From assembly GCA_965222605.1 (NCBI GenBank), contig OZ244960.1, positions 3,456,001 through 3,520,000 on the forward strand: a stretch of DNA of 64,000 nt, given 5' to 3'. The DNA is from Candidatus Latescibacterota bacterium (GTDB lineage Bacteria > Latescibacterota > UBA2968). The position numbers were made by a program, and so were the translations under genes. Every line of letters begins with the position of its first letter. Positions within the stretch are counted from its first letter, which is position 1. Below, piece after piece: positions 40,378-50,770 of the stretch. The notes under the pieces were generated by a model. It searched no databases. It saw only the letters and a list, made by a program, of their open reading frames with translations, and was not told the origin of the DNA.

Positions 40378-42729
40378 CTACCGGTGAATCACAAATGCGC
40401 CTTTGGATTTTTTGCCCATGCTGGCTGGCATTAGAGACTCGACCACAAAGAAATAAAGGGCCGAGGTCGCCTCGCCGGTCAAAAAGCGATCTTTTAGCAG
40501 CCAGGCCGCCTCGCCAGCGTTGGGATCGTCGTGATCGATCACCTGAATCAGGTCGCCGGATACGGTAAAAATGGAAATCCGCGATTTGCGGGGGACGCCC
40601 AGGAAACGCAGCTTTTTCGATCCCTGATAGTTGGCTTCTTCCAGACTTAGATCAAACGGATTGGGCACCACTACTACGGGGTTGGACAGCGCGTCTGCAT
40701 CGTCATTTGCCGCCAAAATTGGGGTTCCCGGCACAACCATGCGTTGCTCGGCAGCCGACCAACCGCCCTCCAGCCCATTCTCCAGGTGTGCCCGAACAGT
40801 TGGGGGGAGATCGTTGATGGTCATTCCAGTGGAATTGGACCAGTTGGTCTTGGGTGTGGCATAGGATCTCACGCTATAACCAAACGAAAATCCAGCCAGA
40901 GACTCTTCATCTACCCAGGAGTATTTCCCTCCGCTGTCAGACCCTTTCGGAATATCGGCTTTGAGGATCCACGGCCCGGTCTCTTGCCAGATTGACCGGT
41001 AAACCCGATATCCCGCAACATCTGCCATGCCGTAGTCGGGATGGATCGCATTATCAGCGGTATTGGGCCACTCCAGTACGATCTTTGCCTGCGCGTTGCT
41101 GGTCTGGAAAAACTCCACATCCGGTGGGGAGTCGGGAACATCGAACCCGGCGTTATACACAAATTGAGCGTGATCGAGGTGTCGAAGCATAGCTTCTTCG
41201 CCCCGGGACAGTCTCTGCTTCCGTTCATCATCGCCCACATTTCCAAAGTTGAACGACCATTGAATCATATCGTGCGGATAGCCGGTTTCCGTGCTCGAGG
41301 CCATATCTGCGGCTGAACCGAATCCATAGACCACCACCACTTTGGCCTTCTCGCCGGGCGCGAGGTTATAAGGTCCCCAGATCTGGTCGCTCCACTGCAT
41401 CTGTTCCGACGTCGGGTCGGGTGTGTTAGGCCCTGTGAAGATGTCGTATTGATCTGTCATACTCACCGATCCGCGCGTTGGATCGTCGATATTGCGCCGC
41501 GCGTGTGCGGTGTACCAATGCGAAAGCGGATCGCCCTGCGGATCTACAAAGCCCTCTGCTGCGTCTGCTGCGTTGAAGGTGTGACTCGGCCCAGTGTTGC
41601 GGAATGCCAGCGGAGCCATAAACTGATAGGCCAGCGAAATTGGCGTTCCTTCGGGCCGTGCCGTGCTGTTTGGAAAGTCGCCGCCGCCGTTTTCGAGGTC
41701 TCTGTAATACGGGTCGCCCGTATCTTCTTCAAAGCTGGCGTTGGTATTTCCATCCCACTGGTAGTTGATGAATTTTCCCTGGAACTGAGAGGCAGATAAT
41801 CCACTGAGGGGATTCGGCGTAAAATTGGGTGACTCGGTATATTTGTACCAGTCGTCCATTCCCCCCGGCGCGCGCCGATACCGCACCAACCCACCTTCGT
41901 GGCCCCAGCGATACGATGTGCCGTGGTTGTTGACATAAAATGTGTTCATCACCCCGAAATACGTATCGTTCAACTGCTTGTTACCGCGGTTTTCGAACTC
42001 GAGTTCGAGGATAAAGAAATCGTCAAAATCCTGATGGCTATAGGAGTGCGCTTTTCGCGTGACCCACACATCGTGCCTGGTTGACCACTGTGAAATGTGG
42101 ATCTCTTCTCCCGCCGTCTGCACGGGTGGATAAATGCTGTAATTGAAGTTGTGAATCTCGTAGGGGCGGCTCTGTGTGCGATCCACACTTTGGGGCGATG
42201 CGCCGCTCCACCAGTTGGATTTTATCATCCCGGGATTCACACCCCGGTCGGGCACGACGGTCGGGATGCCCCAGGTCGCCTCTTTCTGGTTTTGAATATC
42301 GTAAATTTGTGGTTCGACATCTTCGGTGGGCGTGCGCGGTCCCGTTACCGAGACAAATTTTTCACCGTCAACATGGGTCAACACCAGCACGCCTTCTCCG
42401 GCCGAGTGCATATTCGCTTCCGCTTTCTGCTCGGAGTGTCCCCAGCCCTTGCTGCCCCAGTATTCTTCGAACTCCTCTGTCCCCAGCAGGGCATACAGCG
42501 CATAAGTATTGCCCGGGTAGGACATCCGCATCATCACGCGACCTGGCGTCACGTGGTAATGCATGCCCGAGGTGCCCCAGTTTGTAAATGAGATCCAAAC
42601 CAGGGAGCGGGTCATGTGTCGGGCTGTTGAGTAGGGAACTTGTGCCGCGGATTGCAACGCGCCGACAAGCACCAGCACCACAGATAGCAGGCCAAGTCCC
42701 ATCCATCTTTTTACGTGATCACTGAACAT
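40378..42729 (-). CDS. Secreted protein with FN3-like and T9SS-CTD/FlgD-like C-terminal domain
   Basis: Full-length paralog of 28377..30713. VVVVPNPF...ISIFTVSGDL. Confidence 0.75.
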   Translation of the reverse strand: MFSDHVKRWMGLGLLSVVLVLVGALQSAAQVPYSTARHMTRSLVWISFTNWGTSGMHYHVTPGRVMMRMSYPGNTYALYALLGTEEFEEYWGSKGWGHSEQKAEANMHSAGEGVLVLTHVDGEKFVSVTGPRTPTEDVEPQIYDIQNQKEATWGIPTVVPDRGVNPGMIKSNWWSGASPQSVDRTQSRPYEIHNFNYSIYPPVQTAGEEIHISQWSTRHDVWVTRKAHSYSHQDFDDFFILELEFENRGNKQLNDTYFGVMNTFYVNNHGTSYRWGHEGGLVRYRRAPGGMDDWYKYTESPNFTPNPLSGLSASQFQGKFINYQWDGNTNASFEEDTGDPYYRDLENGGGDFPNSTARPEGTPISLAYQFMAPLAFRNTGPSHTFNAADAAEGFVDPQGDPLSHWYTAHARRNIDDPTRGSVSMTDQYDIFTGPNTPDPTSEQMQWSDQIWGPYNLAPGEKAKVVVVYGFGSAADMASSTETGYPHDMIQWSFNFGNVGDDERKQRLSRGEEAMLRHLDHAQFVYNAGFDVPDSPPDVEFFQTSNAQAKIVLEWPNTADNAIHPDYGMADVAGYRVYRSIWQETGPWILKADIPKGSDSGGKYSWVDEESLAGFSFGYSVRSYATPKTNWSNSTGMTINDLPPTVRAHLENGLEGGWSAAEQRMVVPGTPILAANDDADALSNPVVVVPNPFDLSLEEANYQGSKKLRFLGVPRKSRISIFTVSGDLIQVIDHDDPNAGEAAWLLKDRFLTGEATSALYFFVVESLMPASMGKKSKGAFVIHR

Positions 42730-42751
42730 GGAGAATATACCTCCTGATTAT

Positions 42752-42786
42752 TGGCCTGACCGCGCAACCTGTGTGCGGTCAGGCCA
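42752..42786. other. Intercistronic hairpin 3' of the TBDR gene (possible mRNA stabiliser)
   Basis: TGGCCTGACCGC...GCGGTCAGGCCA 12-bp stem without a U-tract. Confidence 0.55.
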
Positions 42787-42800
42787 TCGACTAAGTGTGA

Positions 42801-45800
42801 TTAGAACTTGAACCGCGCACCCAGCACAATTGACCGGGGACGTCCCAAACCGTCGTTGTACCGCGTCAGTTCAGCTATATCGCCAAATTGATCGAACTTA
42901 CCATCGCCCGGCGGCGGCAGAAGCAGTCCGTACTGAATCGTGCGGAAACCGGTCGATAGGTCATCCCGTTGCCCGAAGAAATTTCGCACCTCGACAAAGG
43001 CGGTTGCCAATGCGGTCTCGCCGATGTTGAAATCCTTTTCTGCACTCACATCGGCCACGGTGGTCACCGGTCTGTTTCGACGCTGCGCGGGACCAATCGG
43101 GGGCGAGTAGTTCCAGGGGCTTCCGGTCTGCATCTGCCAGATCAGCGTTGCCCGAAGGCCGGCCAGTGGCACAATGTGGTAATCTGGCGGCGAAGAAAAG
43201 AGGAGTTGAATACTGGCAAAATTGCGCCGATCCAGGCCACCATCCAGACTCGGGATGCTGTAAGAGCCGACATTGAATGCATAGAGTCCGGGCACAATTA
43301 CCACTGGCTGTTCCCAGAACCCGCTGAACTTGGGCACTTTATTATCCGCCAATTTCTTGTAGCCCCGGGCGATGTCGTCTGCGAGGGCGGCCAGCGACGC
43401 CCGTTCGGCTGCATCGGGCGTGCGGGGAAATTCCTGCCCGGTGTTGTCAAATGTCACGCCGGCAAAGTACAGGTCGCTTTTCACAAACTCGCCCGTCGCC
43501 ACATAAGTCCAGTCCTGAGCGCGTCTGCCGCCCGAGTGCGATTTGGCCCAGTTCAAATTGTAGGCCACGTTGAATGCGATCATATCTTTGAATTTTTTCG
43601 AGAACGACAACTCGAACCCGCGCGAGGTGGAAAACCGCCGGTTCCACTGTCCGTGGTCATACGCCGAGTTTTTCCCCCGAAACGGATCGTGGACGTAATT
43701 GTCCGAGTCGCCCTGCCTCCCTTCCTGATCTTTATAGAAGGATGTGAGGGCTATGACGTACGGTCCAGCAAAGTTCCACTCGAAACCCACTTCAAACTGC
43801 GTGGTCTTTTCGGGCTTTACATTGACATTGCCGAAATCCGCGGCCAGCGGATAGGTCAGCGCGTTCATGATTTCATTCTGTTCGATTACCCCGTCGCCAT
43901 CCACATCTCGATCTGCACCCGAGGCTGAGAACAACCGCGTGTAGAGGTTCTGCATGTCAAAAAACTGGTGGAACTGTCCTGTGAAGAACCGGATGAACGA
44001 GCGGTCTGTAATCGGATGAGAAATTCCGATGCGAGGGCTGAATGCCTTCTGTGTCGGTGAATCCACGATGGGCACGTTTCGCCAGCGCGTCAGCGAGTTA
44101 TAGTGGAACCAGAGCGGGTGGTCCATCGCGCGGCCAAAAGAATCGCCCGGGTCGAGGAGATCCGCTCGGAAACCCAGGTTGACTACCAGGCCCTCAAATT
44201 CCATTTTGTCCTGAATGTATGCCGCATAGGTGATCGGATTGAAGCCTTCCATCCCGATAATGGGGTCGCCCTTGCCCACCAGACGGATTTCGCGGTTGCG
44301 AGAGGTTTCAAAGATCTCTTCGTGCTGGTAGATGTCGTAGCGAATGATCTCAAATCCCGCCTTTGCGAAATGCCCTTTGTGCAACTGGCTGCTCAGGTCG
44401 GCTTTCAAAAGCACGCGGTTTCGACGGGCGTACTGAAATGCGTGGATATTCCTATCGACGAAAAATCCCTGCGCGTCCCGCGTTACATCTTCGGTCGCTG
44501 CCGGCACATCGGACGTATCCTGCGCTGTTCGCTGATAGGAAATCCGAATATCGTAAAATGTTTTCGACGAAAGCGTGTGTGTGAACACCCCGTACACAAC
44601 CTGATCAGTCCTGGGGTTTTTGCCCGCACCATTGCTGGACAGGAACAAATTATTGCCAGTTTGTCCAATGCCGCGAATGCCGCCAGCCGGTGTATCGGTG
44701 GTTTCAAAGCCGGTGTTAATGTCCCGACCGCCGTCGTGGAAGATGTTTCTATAGACCCATGTTCCACCCGCCTTGAACTTCATATTGCCCGAAGGGCGGT
44801 ATGTGATATTGCCCGAGGAATTGAAATTTTTTGGCTCTGAATCGGTTGGATTGGGATATACGGGCGCTCTTCGGGAGGTGGTGCCGCCCGTGAAAAATCC
44901 GATGTTCGGGGTGATCGGTCCCGAGATATTGGCCTCGAAGAGGTGTCCGAGCTTTTCGTCGTAATTGGTGCGCTTCCCGGAATGAATGCCGCTGTAATCG
45001 GCGCGGCCTTCCAGCAAGGGGCTGTCATAGACACTGCTACCCCAGTGCTTTCGCCCCGGCAGGGTCAAGCGGTACTCGCCCAATCCGGAATACCGGTCTT
45101 TATTTTCGCGGCTTACCAGGCTTATTACACCGCCCTGTGCATTCCCATATTCGGCATTCATGCCGCCGTTATAGACCGACACTTCCTGAATGGCGCCCCG
45201 AGACACGCTGTTGACTTGCGACATCGTGACATTATCCAGACCGTCGTTATTCGCCAGCCGAATGCCATCGATTTCAACCATGACCTCGTTGTTGCCGCGC
45301 CGTCCGCCGACCCGGCTCGCGCGAATCCGCAGGTTGCCGTCCAGCGAAACACCGGGTTGGAGCATAATGACTTCGGCTGTAGAGCGCGCCAGTGGCACAT
45401 TCTCCACATCTTCGGTGCTCACCACGTACCGCGTCACGGTCTTATCTACTTCTACGGGAGGGCGCTCGGCCACCACCACCAATTCACCCAGTTCGACAGC
45501 GGCTTCCTGAAGTCTGAACTCCACGGTGGTCGTCAGGTCCGCTCGCACCGCAATATTTTGCAAGATCTCTGCATTGTATCCCACCAGAGACGCTTCCAAC
45601 TCGTAGGCCCCTGGATCTACCGACAAAATTAAAAAATAGCCTTCTGAGTCGGCTGTTGCGCCGCGTTGCGTGCCTTTTATCAGCACGTTGGCGCCCGGCA
45701 ACGGCTCGCCCGAGGCGTCTTTGACCGTGCCGTTGATTTTACCTACTGTACCGGCCATGCCCTCTGAGGGCCAGAAACCAAATAGTGCCAGCAGAACACA

Positions 45801-45824
45801 GGCCAGACGTAATTTGTACCTCAT
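42801..45824 (-). CDS. TonB-dependent receptor with N-terminal carboxypeptidase-regulatory-like domain
   Basis: Paralog of 30735..33797. GGMNAEYGNAQGGVI. Terminal RFKF. Confidence 0.92.
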   Translation of the reverse strand: MRYKLRLACVLLALFGFWPSEGMAGTVGKINGTVKDASGEPLPGANVLIKGTQRGATADSEGYFLILSVDPGAYELEASLVGYNAEILQNIAVRADLTTTVEFRLQEAAVELGELVVVAERPPVEVDKTVTRYVVSTEDVENVPLARSTAEVIMLQPGVSLDGNLRIRASRVGGRRGNNEVMVEIDGIRLANNDGLDNVTMSQVNSVSRGAIQEVSVYNGGMNAEYGNAQGGVISLVSRENKDRYSGLGEYRLTLPGRKHWGSSVYDSPLLEGRADYSGIHSGKRTNYDEKLGHLFEANISGPITPNIGFFTGGTTSRRAPVYPNPTDSEPKNFNSSGNITYRPSGNMKFKAGGTWVYRNIFHDGGRDINTGFETTDTPAGGIRGIGQTGNNLFLSSNGAGKNPRTDQVVYGVFTHTLSSKTFYDIRISYQRTAQDTSDVPAATEDVTRDAQGFFVDRNIHAFQYARRNRVLLKADLSSQLHKGHFAKAGFEIIRYDIYQHEEIFETSRNREIRLVGKGDPIIGMEGFNPITYAAYIQDKMEFEGLVVNLGFRADLLDPGDSFGRAMDHPLWFHYNSLTRWRNVPIVDSPTQKAFSPRIGISHPITDRSFIRFFTGQFHQFFDMQNLYTRLFSASGADRDVDGDGVIEQNEIMNALTYPLAADFGNVNVKPEKTTQFEVGFEWNFAGPYVIALTSFYKDQEGRQGDSDNYVHDPFRGKNSAYDHGQWNRRFSTSRGFELSFSKKFKDMIAFNVAYNLNWAKSHSGGRRAQDWTYVATGEFVKSDLYFAGVTFDNTGQEFPRTPDAAERASLAALADDIARGYKKLADNKVPKFSGFWEQPVVIVPGLYAFNVGSYSIPSLDGGLDRRNFASIQLLFSSPPDYHIVPLAGLRATLIWQMQTGSPWNYSPPIGPAQRRNRPVTTVADVSAEKDFNIGETALATAFVEVRNFFGQRDDLSTGFRTIQYGLLLPPPGDGKFDQFGDIAELTRYNDGLGRPRSIVLGARFKF

Positions 45825-45841
45825 ATCTCAATCTCCTTTGC

Positions 45842-46555
45842 TCAATTGGCGAAATAGAACTTGATCCGCGCGCCGCCGTTAAACTTGTGAAAGGGGTATG
45901 CCTTCTCCAGCCCCCAGGCTTCCATGGATCGCGTCTCTCCCCAGATAATATGGTATTGTCCGCGAATATCGATGGCGACGGACTGCGAGGCAAAATACTC
46001 GATACCGAATCCCAAACTCACGCCGGGTTCTGTGCGGACATCTTCTGCGGGTCGCAACAAAACGTTCGGGTCAATGGTCGTGCCACTCTGCCCCGGATAG
46101 ATCAGCCCACTCATCTTGTTTTTAAAGTGGTAGAAGCCCGCGCCAATGAGGAGATACGGCGCTCCTCCACCCGATTCCATCTTTTCACCACCCCTGTTGA
46201 AGTGATAAAGAAAGTTCGCTGATAGGCTTGCCCACACCATCTCTGAGTTGGCATTTGGGCTGTTGTAGCTTTGTCCATCGCCTCCAAAGAGAAAGCTCCT
46301 TTTCTCTAAATCTCCGGAACTATATTTGGTATATTGACCGTCCAGTTCAAACGTCCAGGTGGCGTTCTTGACGTTTACAATGGACGCCCCCACGTTGACC
46401 CCGCCGGAAGGAAACCAGCTATTCAGCGCGAATAGTGGCATTTCGTAATTGGCCACAATGCCCATTCCCCATGTGCCGTCAACTTCCGACTGACCTGTAC
46501 CCGGTATGGAAAACAACAGCGTCAGGCACAAAAAACCAGCTTTTCCATATTTCAT
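45842..46555 (-). CDS. Small outer-membrane beta-barrel protein
   Basis: GGAGGAG RBS before ATG 46555 (MKYGKAG). Paralog of 33813..34511. Confidence 0.8.
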   Translation of the reverse strand: MKYGKAGFLCLTLLFSIPGTGQSEVDGTWGMGIVANYEMPLFALNSWFPSGGVNVGASIVNVKNATWTFELDGQYTKYSSGDLEKRSFLFGGDGQSYNSPNANSEMVWASLSANFLYHFNRGGEKMESGGGAPYLLIGAGFYHFKNKMSGLIYPGQSGTTIDPNVLLRPAEDVRTEPGVSLGFGIEYFASQSVAIDIRGQYHIIWGETRSMEAWGLEKAYPFHKFNGGARIKFYFAN

Positions 46556-46587
46556 ACGCACTCCTCCTTTGCTGTTTACTGCATTTG

Positions 46588-46753
46588 AAAAACACATCTA
46601 TCTTGAAGCCATAGGCATAACCCCTTTCGGACCGCGGATGAAATGTGGTCTTAGTTGGACACCTTTTCAGGCTGATGAGCCATAACGATTATTATGACTC
46701 ATTTCAACTTTGACTCATGTTAATATTCAAATTAAGGCGGGTCAATCAAAAAC
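46588..46753 (-). promoter_or_regulatory. Promoter and conserved leader of operon copy 2
   Basis: Minus-strand TTGACC (46740-46745), 17 bp, TAACAT (46717-46722). Same blocks as 34561-34710. Confidence 0.65.
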
Positions 46754-46794
46754 GGTGGCGTTTCAAATCTATTTCACCATTTTTTTATAAAAAG

Positions 46795-46828
46795 AAAAAA
46801 CGCCCTGGCACGAGGCCAGAGCGTTTTT
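46795..46828 (-). terminator. Intrinsic terminator downstream of the DUF1592 gene (potentially bidirectional)
   Basis: AAAAAACGCCCTGGC-ACGAG-GCCAGAGCGTTTTT. Confidence 0.65.
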
Positions 46829-46889
46829 GTTTTACCCTTGTGAAGTTGGCGATTAAGTGGTCTTAAAAAAAGTTATTGACTTAATCTTC

Positions 46890-46963
46890 TGGACGCCTGC
46901 CTAAAACATGCAGGCGTGACGAGCAACAGGTGTCATTGCGGCATGGTTTTGAGCCGCAATCCA
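46890..46963. repeat. Inverted pair of REP-like palindromic elements
   Basis: TGGA-CGCCTGC-loop-GCAGGCG-TGAC (46890-46920). On the other strand, TGGA-TTGCGGC-loop-GCCGCAA-TGAC (46932-46963). Confidence 0.65.
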
Positions 46964-46970
46964 GTTTGTT

Positions 46971-49436
46971 TTATTTGGTCAAGAATGGCTCACTTGTCGC
47001 CACGAGCATGACCAGGTCTTTCAAGCCGTAGCCCTGTGACTTCAAATTGTGTACGATGCGATCTATTTCGGAACGGTCGGTGGCTTCCAGTGTGCGTCCG
47101 GTCGCGTAGGTGAGCATCTTTTCGGTCAGACAGCGGGCAAATTGATCTTTCTTTGCCATGAGGATCTTTTTAAAGCCCACAAGGCCATCGAACTTGTTCC
47201 CGTCTGCCATGACGTCTGACGCATCTATTTTTGGTTTCTTGGGACCGTAACCATATCGCCACGCGCCTATGGGATTGTAATTCTCCAGTGCAAAGCCCAA
47301 TGGATCGATGTGGCGATGACATTCGTTACAGGTGGCGATTTTTCGGTGGTTTGCCAGTTGCTGGCGGATGGTCGTCGATCCCCGAATGTCGGGTTCGATC
47401 GGCTCAATATCGGGCAGTGGGGGCGGGGGTGTTATGCCCAATATGTTTTCCAATACCCATACCCCGCGCACCACGGGCGATGTTTCGATCCCATTGGAGG
47501 TTGCCGTCAATACGCTGGCGTGTCCCAGCAGGCCGCCGCGTTTGGGATCGTTGAGTTTCACTTTGCGAAATTTCCGGCCTTCTACGCCTTCTATGCGGTA
47601 TAACAAGCTCAGGTCGCGGTTGACGAAGGTGAAGTCCGAGTCGATGAAATGTGCGATGCTCATATTTTTGTCGAGGATGTGATTAAAAAAGGCGTGGGTT
47701 TCTTTTTTGATCGCGTCTTCGAGATGCGCCTGATAGTACAATCGGAAATTGCGCGGGTCGGGCGGCATTTCGCCGATTTTGTACAGAGCTAACCATCGCT
47801 CTGTGAAATTCTCCACAAATGCCTGCGCTTTTTCGTCTTTTAACATGCGATCAATTTGCGCGCGCAAATTGTCTGGCTTGTGCAATCGCTTCTTTTTCGC
47901 CAGCTTGAACAATTCTTCATCCGGCATGGATGACCAGAGAAAATACGATAGCTTGGACGCGAGTGCGTAGTCGTCTAATTGGCCTTCGTTTTCGTAGAGA
48001 TAGAGGAAATTGGGCGAGCACAAGATGGCTTTTAAGCCCATTTTGATGGCCTGAATGCGCGAGGCGCCGGCCTTTTCATGTTGATCTACCAGTTGCAGGA
48101 TATGGGCGATTTCACTGTGTTTGACCGGGCGGCGATACGCGCGTGTTGCAAAGCGCGTCAGGACATCGCGCGGTTTGACCTTGTTGGGATCGCGCTTGCC
48201 AAAAGTGCTCGTGTGCGAAGGCGGGGGCCACTGTTCGTAAAGGGGACCTTCGATTTCGACTCTATATATGCGAATGCTCGGTCCCTGATAATTCATTACT
48301 GCGACTTCGGTTTGCCGATGTACGAGTTGTTGACCTTCCTTTTGCGACAGTTTTCGCCGGTCTGTTTTGTCGTAGAGCTGGGGGTGATATCGCCTCAGAA
48401 TACTCCGCCAATAAAGCGTGATCGGTCCGTTAGGATAGGTGACGCGCGGTACATAGGATTCATCCAGCCAGAGTTCGCGCTCATAATCGCGGGGTTGTCC
48501 ATCTGCGATCATTTCAAATTCGGCCATCGGCACATCTGATGTGTTGCTTTGCCTCAAGTCGCCATAATGCCCGGACGCGGCGACAATGCCCATGCGTATG
48601 GGTTCATTTTCATCTGTTCGCAGGGCTTTGTCATAGGGGTGTTGCTGGTTGTGTGCGGATGCGCGAACGCGAACGCGATACATCCCCGAATGCGGCACAC
48701 CTTTTCGGAATCTGTCGATGGACATATATCCCCAGCGGTCATCGGGACGGCGGAATAGCTCATCGTATCCCTGTTTCAAGCGGCGGCTCGCCGGTGCCAA
48801 AAACCCACCGGCCGCGCGCATGATGGGAAACGTAAACTCGTAAGTTTTCACTTCTGGCGGTGGGCCGGGCAATACGGCGTGCTCTACGATTTGATCGGCT
48901 GCGTCGAGATATTTTTCGACCAGAAAATCCGACATGACGAGTGTTTTGCCGATGTTGTCAAATCCGTGTTCTTCATCGTCCTGGGGAAATGCATCTGTGG
49001 GATCGAACATGGTCATGTCCAGATGCAATAGGTCCCGAATTGTGTTGCGGTATTCTTTCCGATTCAAGCGGCGCAATACCGTCTGTCCGCCCGTGCTTTC
49101 TTCTGCTTCGTAATGCGCTTTTAGCGCGGCGGTGATCCAATCGATCACGGGCTTCATTTCAGCCAATTCGGGCTGCGGCTCTTCATAGGGCGGCATTAAG
49201 CCGAGATTTAACATATCCGCGATATTTTGCCACGTTAGCAAAACATCTTCGTCGTGGAAATTTAGTGTGAGGGTATCAAAGCGCTGATCGGCTTTTTGAA
49301 GCTCTGCGCCGTGGCATTTATAACACCGCTGCGCCAAAAATGTCCGCACGGTATTTTTGTATGTCGCATCCCCTTCTGCCCAGGCAGTCGTTGAGAATAA
49401 AATGCCAATCAGGAGGGATAGAACGCTTTTTTTCAT
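46971..49436 (-). CDS. Planctomycete-type cytochrome c protein with DUF1587/DUF1595/DUF1592/DUF1588/DUF1585 domains
   Basis: CYKCH and CNECH haem motifs. LRRLNRKEYRNTIRDLL, LASKLSYFLWSSMPDEEL, RGGLLGHAS, TSPVVRGVWV, IDPLGFALEN. Confidence 0.9.
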   Translation of the reverse strand: MKKSVLSLLIGILFSTTAWAEGDATYKNTVRTFLAQRCYKCHGAELQKADQRFDTLTLNFHDEDVLLTWQNIADMLNLGLMPPYEEPQPELAEMKPVIDWITAALKAHYEAEESTGGQTVLRRLNRKEYRNTIRDLLHLDMTMFDPTDAFPQDDEEHGFDNIGKTLVMSDFLVEKYLDAADQIVEHAVLPGPPPEVKTYEFTFPIMRAAGGFLAPASRRLKQGYDELFRRPDDRWGYMSIDRFRKGVPHSGMYRVRVRASAHNQQHPYDKALRTDENEPIRMGIVAASGHYGDLRQSNTSDVPMAEFEMIADGQPRDYERELWLDESYVPRVTYPNGPITLYWRSILRRYHPQLYDKTDRRKLSQKEGQQLVHRQTEVAVMNYQGPSIRIYRVEIEGPLYEQWPPPSHTSTFGKRDPNKVKPRDVLTRFATRAYRRPVKHSEIAHILQLVDQHEKAGASRIQAIKMGLKAILCSPNFLYLYENEGQLDDYALASKLSYFLWSSMPDEELFKLAKKKRLHKPDNLRAQIDRMLKDEKAQAFVENFTERWLALYKIGEMPPDPRNFRLYYQAHLEDAIKKETHAFFNHILDKNMSIAHFIDSDFTFVNRDLSLLYRIEGVEGRKFRKVKLNDPKRGGLLGHASVLTATSNGIETSPVVRGVWVLENILGITPPPPLPDIEPIEPDIRGSTTIRQQLANHRKIATCNECHRHIDPLGFALENYNPIGAWRYGYGPKKPKIDASDVMADGNKFDGLVGFKKILMAKKDQFARCLTEKMLTYATGRTLEATDRSEIDRIVHNLKSQGYGLKDLVMLVATSEPFLTK

Positions 49437-50728
49437 TTTAATTCAAATCCTTTCAGCGTACCGGTGCTTTGGCCAAAGTGATCGGTTTCCAGTCCAAAAT
49501 TTTGTAACATCGACACGTACAAATTGCTCAACGGAATGCGCTGGGGCTTTGCTTCTGGAAATACCATGTGTTGCCCGTGTTTGAATCCGCCGCCCGCGAG
49601 CAAAATGGGCAAGCTTTTATTGGAATGCGAACTGCCGTTGCCCATGCCGCTGCCCGATAACACCATCGTCTGGTCAAACAGCGTTCCCCCTGCGGGGTCT
49701 TCAATGGCTTTGAGTTTGTCAAAGAACAGGCCGAGGTGTTTCATCTGATATCTTTCAATTATTGTCAAGCCTTCCATGAGTTCGGGCAATTTGCCGTGGT
49801 GCGAGTATTTGTGGTAATTCGTATTCAGGCCCAAATCCGTGGTTTTGATCCCCATGCCCACTTCCAGGGTTGCAACTCGCGTGGAATTGGTTTGCAGGGC
49901 GAGGGCAATCAGGTCGTACATCAAGGGCAGGGTTTCGACAAAAGGGCCATTTTCCGGCATGTCCATATTGACCTGGGGTTTGGGTTTGTCCAGCCACGCT
50001 TTGGACATGCCCAGCTTTTTCTCAACTGTGCGTACAGAGGTCAGATATTCTTCCAGTTTTTCCCGGTCTCTTTGGCCCAGTTTGCGCTCAAAGGATCGCG
50101 CTTCTCCCATTACGGCGTCTAAGATGCTGCCGTGCTGATCGAGTGCGATTGCACGCTGTTCTTTTTCTTTTGCGGTCGTATCTACAAATAGTGCCTGGAA
50201 TACTTTTTGGGGATTGTTAATTGGCGGCACCCGCACGCCCGTGCGCGTCCAGCTCATTTCGCAGTGGCCATTGATGCTTACATTCAACGAGGGGAACCGC
50301 GTGTTGACGCCCACAAATTCCGCGGCTTTTTGATCGATGCTGATGTTGCCTTCGGGCATCATTTTGGCGTCTTTGATTCGGATGCCGCTCAAAAATGTGT
50401 GCGCGGTGCGGTGTCCGCCGGTTACACCGTGGTCCAGATTGGAAAAGATCGTGAAATCTCGCTGATGCGCTGATAGTGGTTGTAGGAGTGTGGGGAGTGT
50501 GTAATTTGCGCCGCCTTCTGTTGGGAAGAATCGCTCGGGGATCATCCCAAAGGGATTGCCAATACATACCAGCCGCTTTGCGGTCTGTGCGCGGGCAAGC
50601 GCAAATGCTTGACTCGCAGCCCGCCCCACGGGAATCATGGCATCTAAAAACGGCAATGCCAGACAAACACCTGCACTCCTGAGAAACGTACGCCGGTTCA
50701 GTGATTTCATAAGTGACTCCTTTTTCAT
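49433..50728 (-). CDS. DUF1552 (HXXSHH) family protein, Tat-type leader
   Basis: LNRRTFLRSAGVCLALPFLDAM, ISIDQ, YHKYSHH, LPILLAGG. Usual partner of DUF1592 genes. Confidence 0.9.
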   Translation of the reverse strand: MKKESLMKSLNRRTFLRSAGVCLALPFLDAMIPVGRAASQAFALARAQTAKRLVCIGNPFGMIPERFFPTEGGANYTLPTLLQPLSAHQRDFTIFSNLDHGVTGGHRTAHTFLSGIRIKDAKMMPEGNISIDQKAAEFVGVNTRFPSLNVSINGHCEMSWTRTGVRVPPINNPQKVFQALFVDTTAKEKEQRAIALDQHGSILDAVMGEARSFERKLGQRDREKLEEYLTSVRTVEKKLGMSKAWLDKPKPQVNMDMPENGPFVETLPLMYDLIALALQTNSTRVATLEVGMGIKTTDLGLNTNYHKYSHHGKLPELMEGLTIIERYQMKHLGLFFDKLKAIEDPAGGTLFDQTMVLSGSGMGNGSSHSNKSLPILLAGGGFKHGQHMVFPEAKPQRIPLSNLYVSMLQNFGLETDHFGQSTGTLKGFELK

Positions 50729-50732
50729 TGCG

Positions 50733-50770
50733 ATTTACATTTATTTACATTATTTACATTTATTTACACT
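50733..50770. repeat. Four tandem ATTTACA(TT/TTT) units upstream of the DUF1552 gene
   Basis: atttacattt atttacatt atttacattt atttacact. Confidence 0.75.

Noticed and set aside
46556-46597. MCFS... extension of the OMP gene
   Set aside because: The equivalent ATG in copy 1 (34569) is out of frame with its OMP, so the conserved AGATGTGTTTT is probably non-coding.
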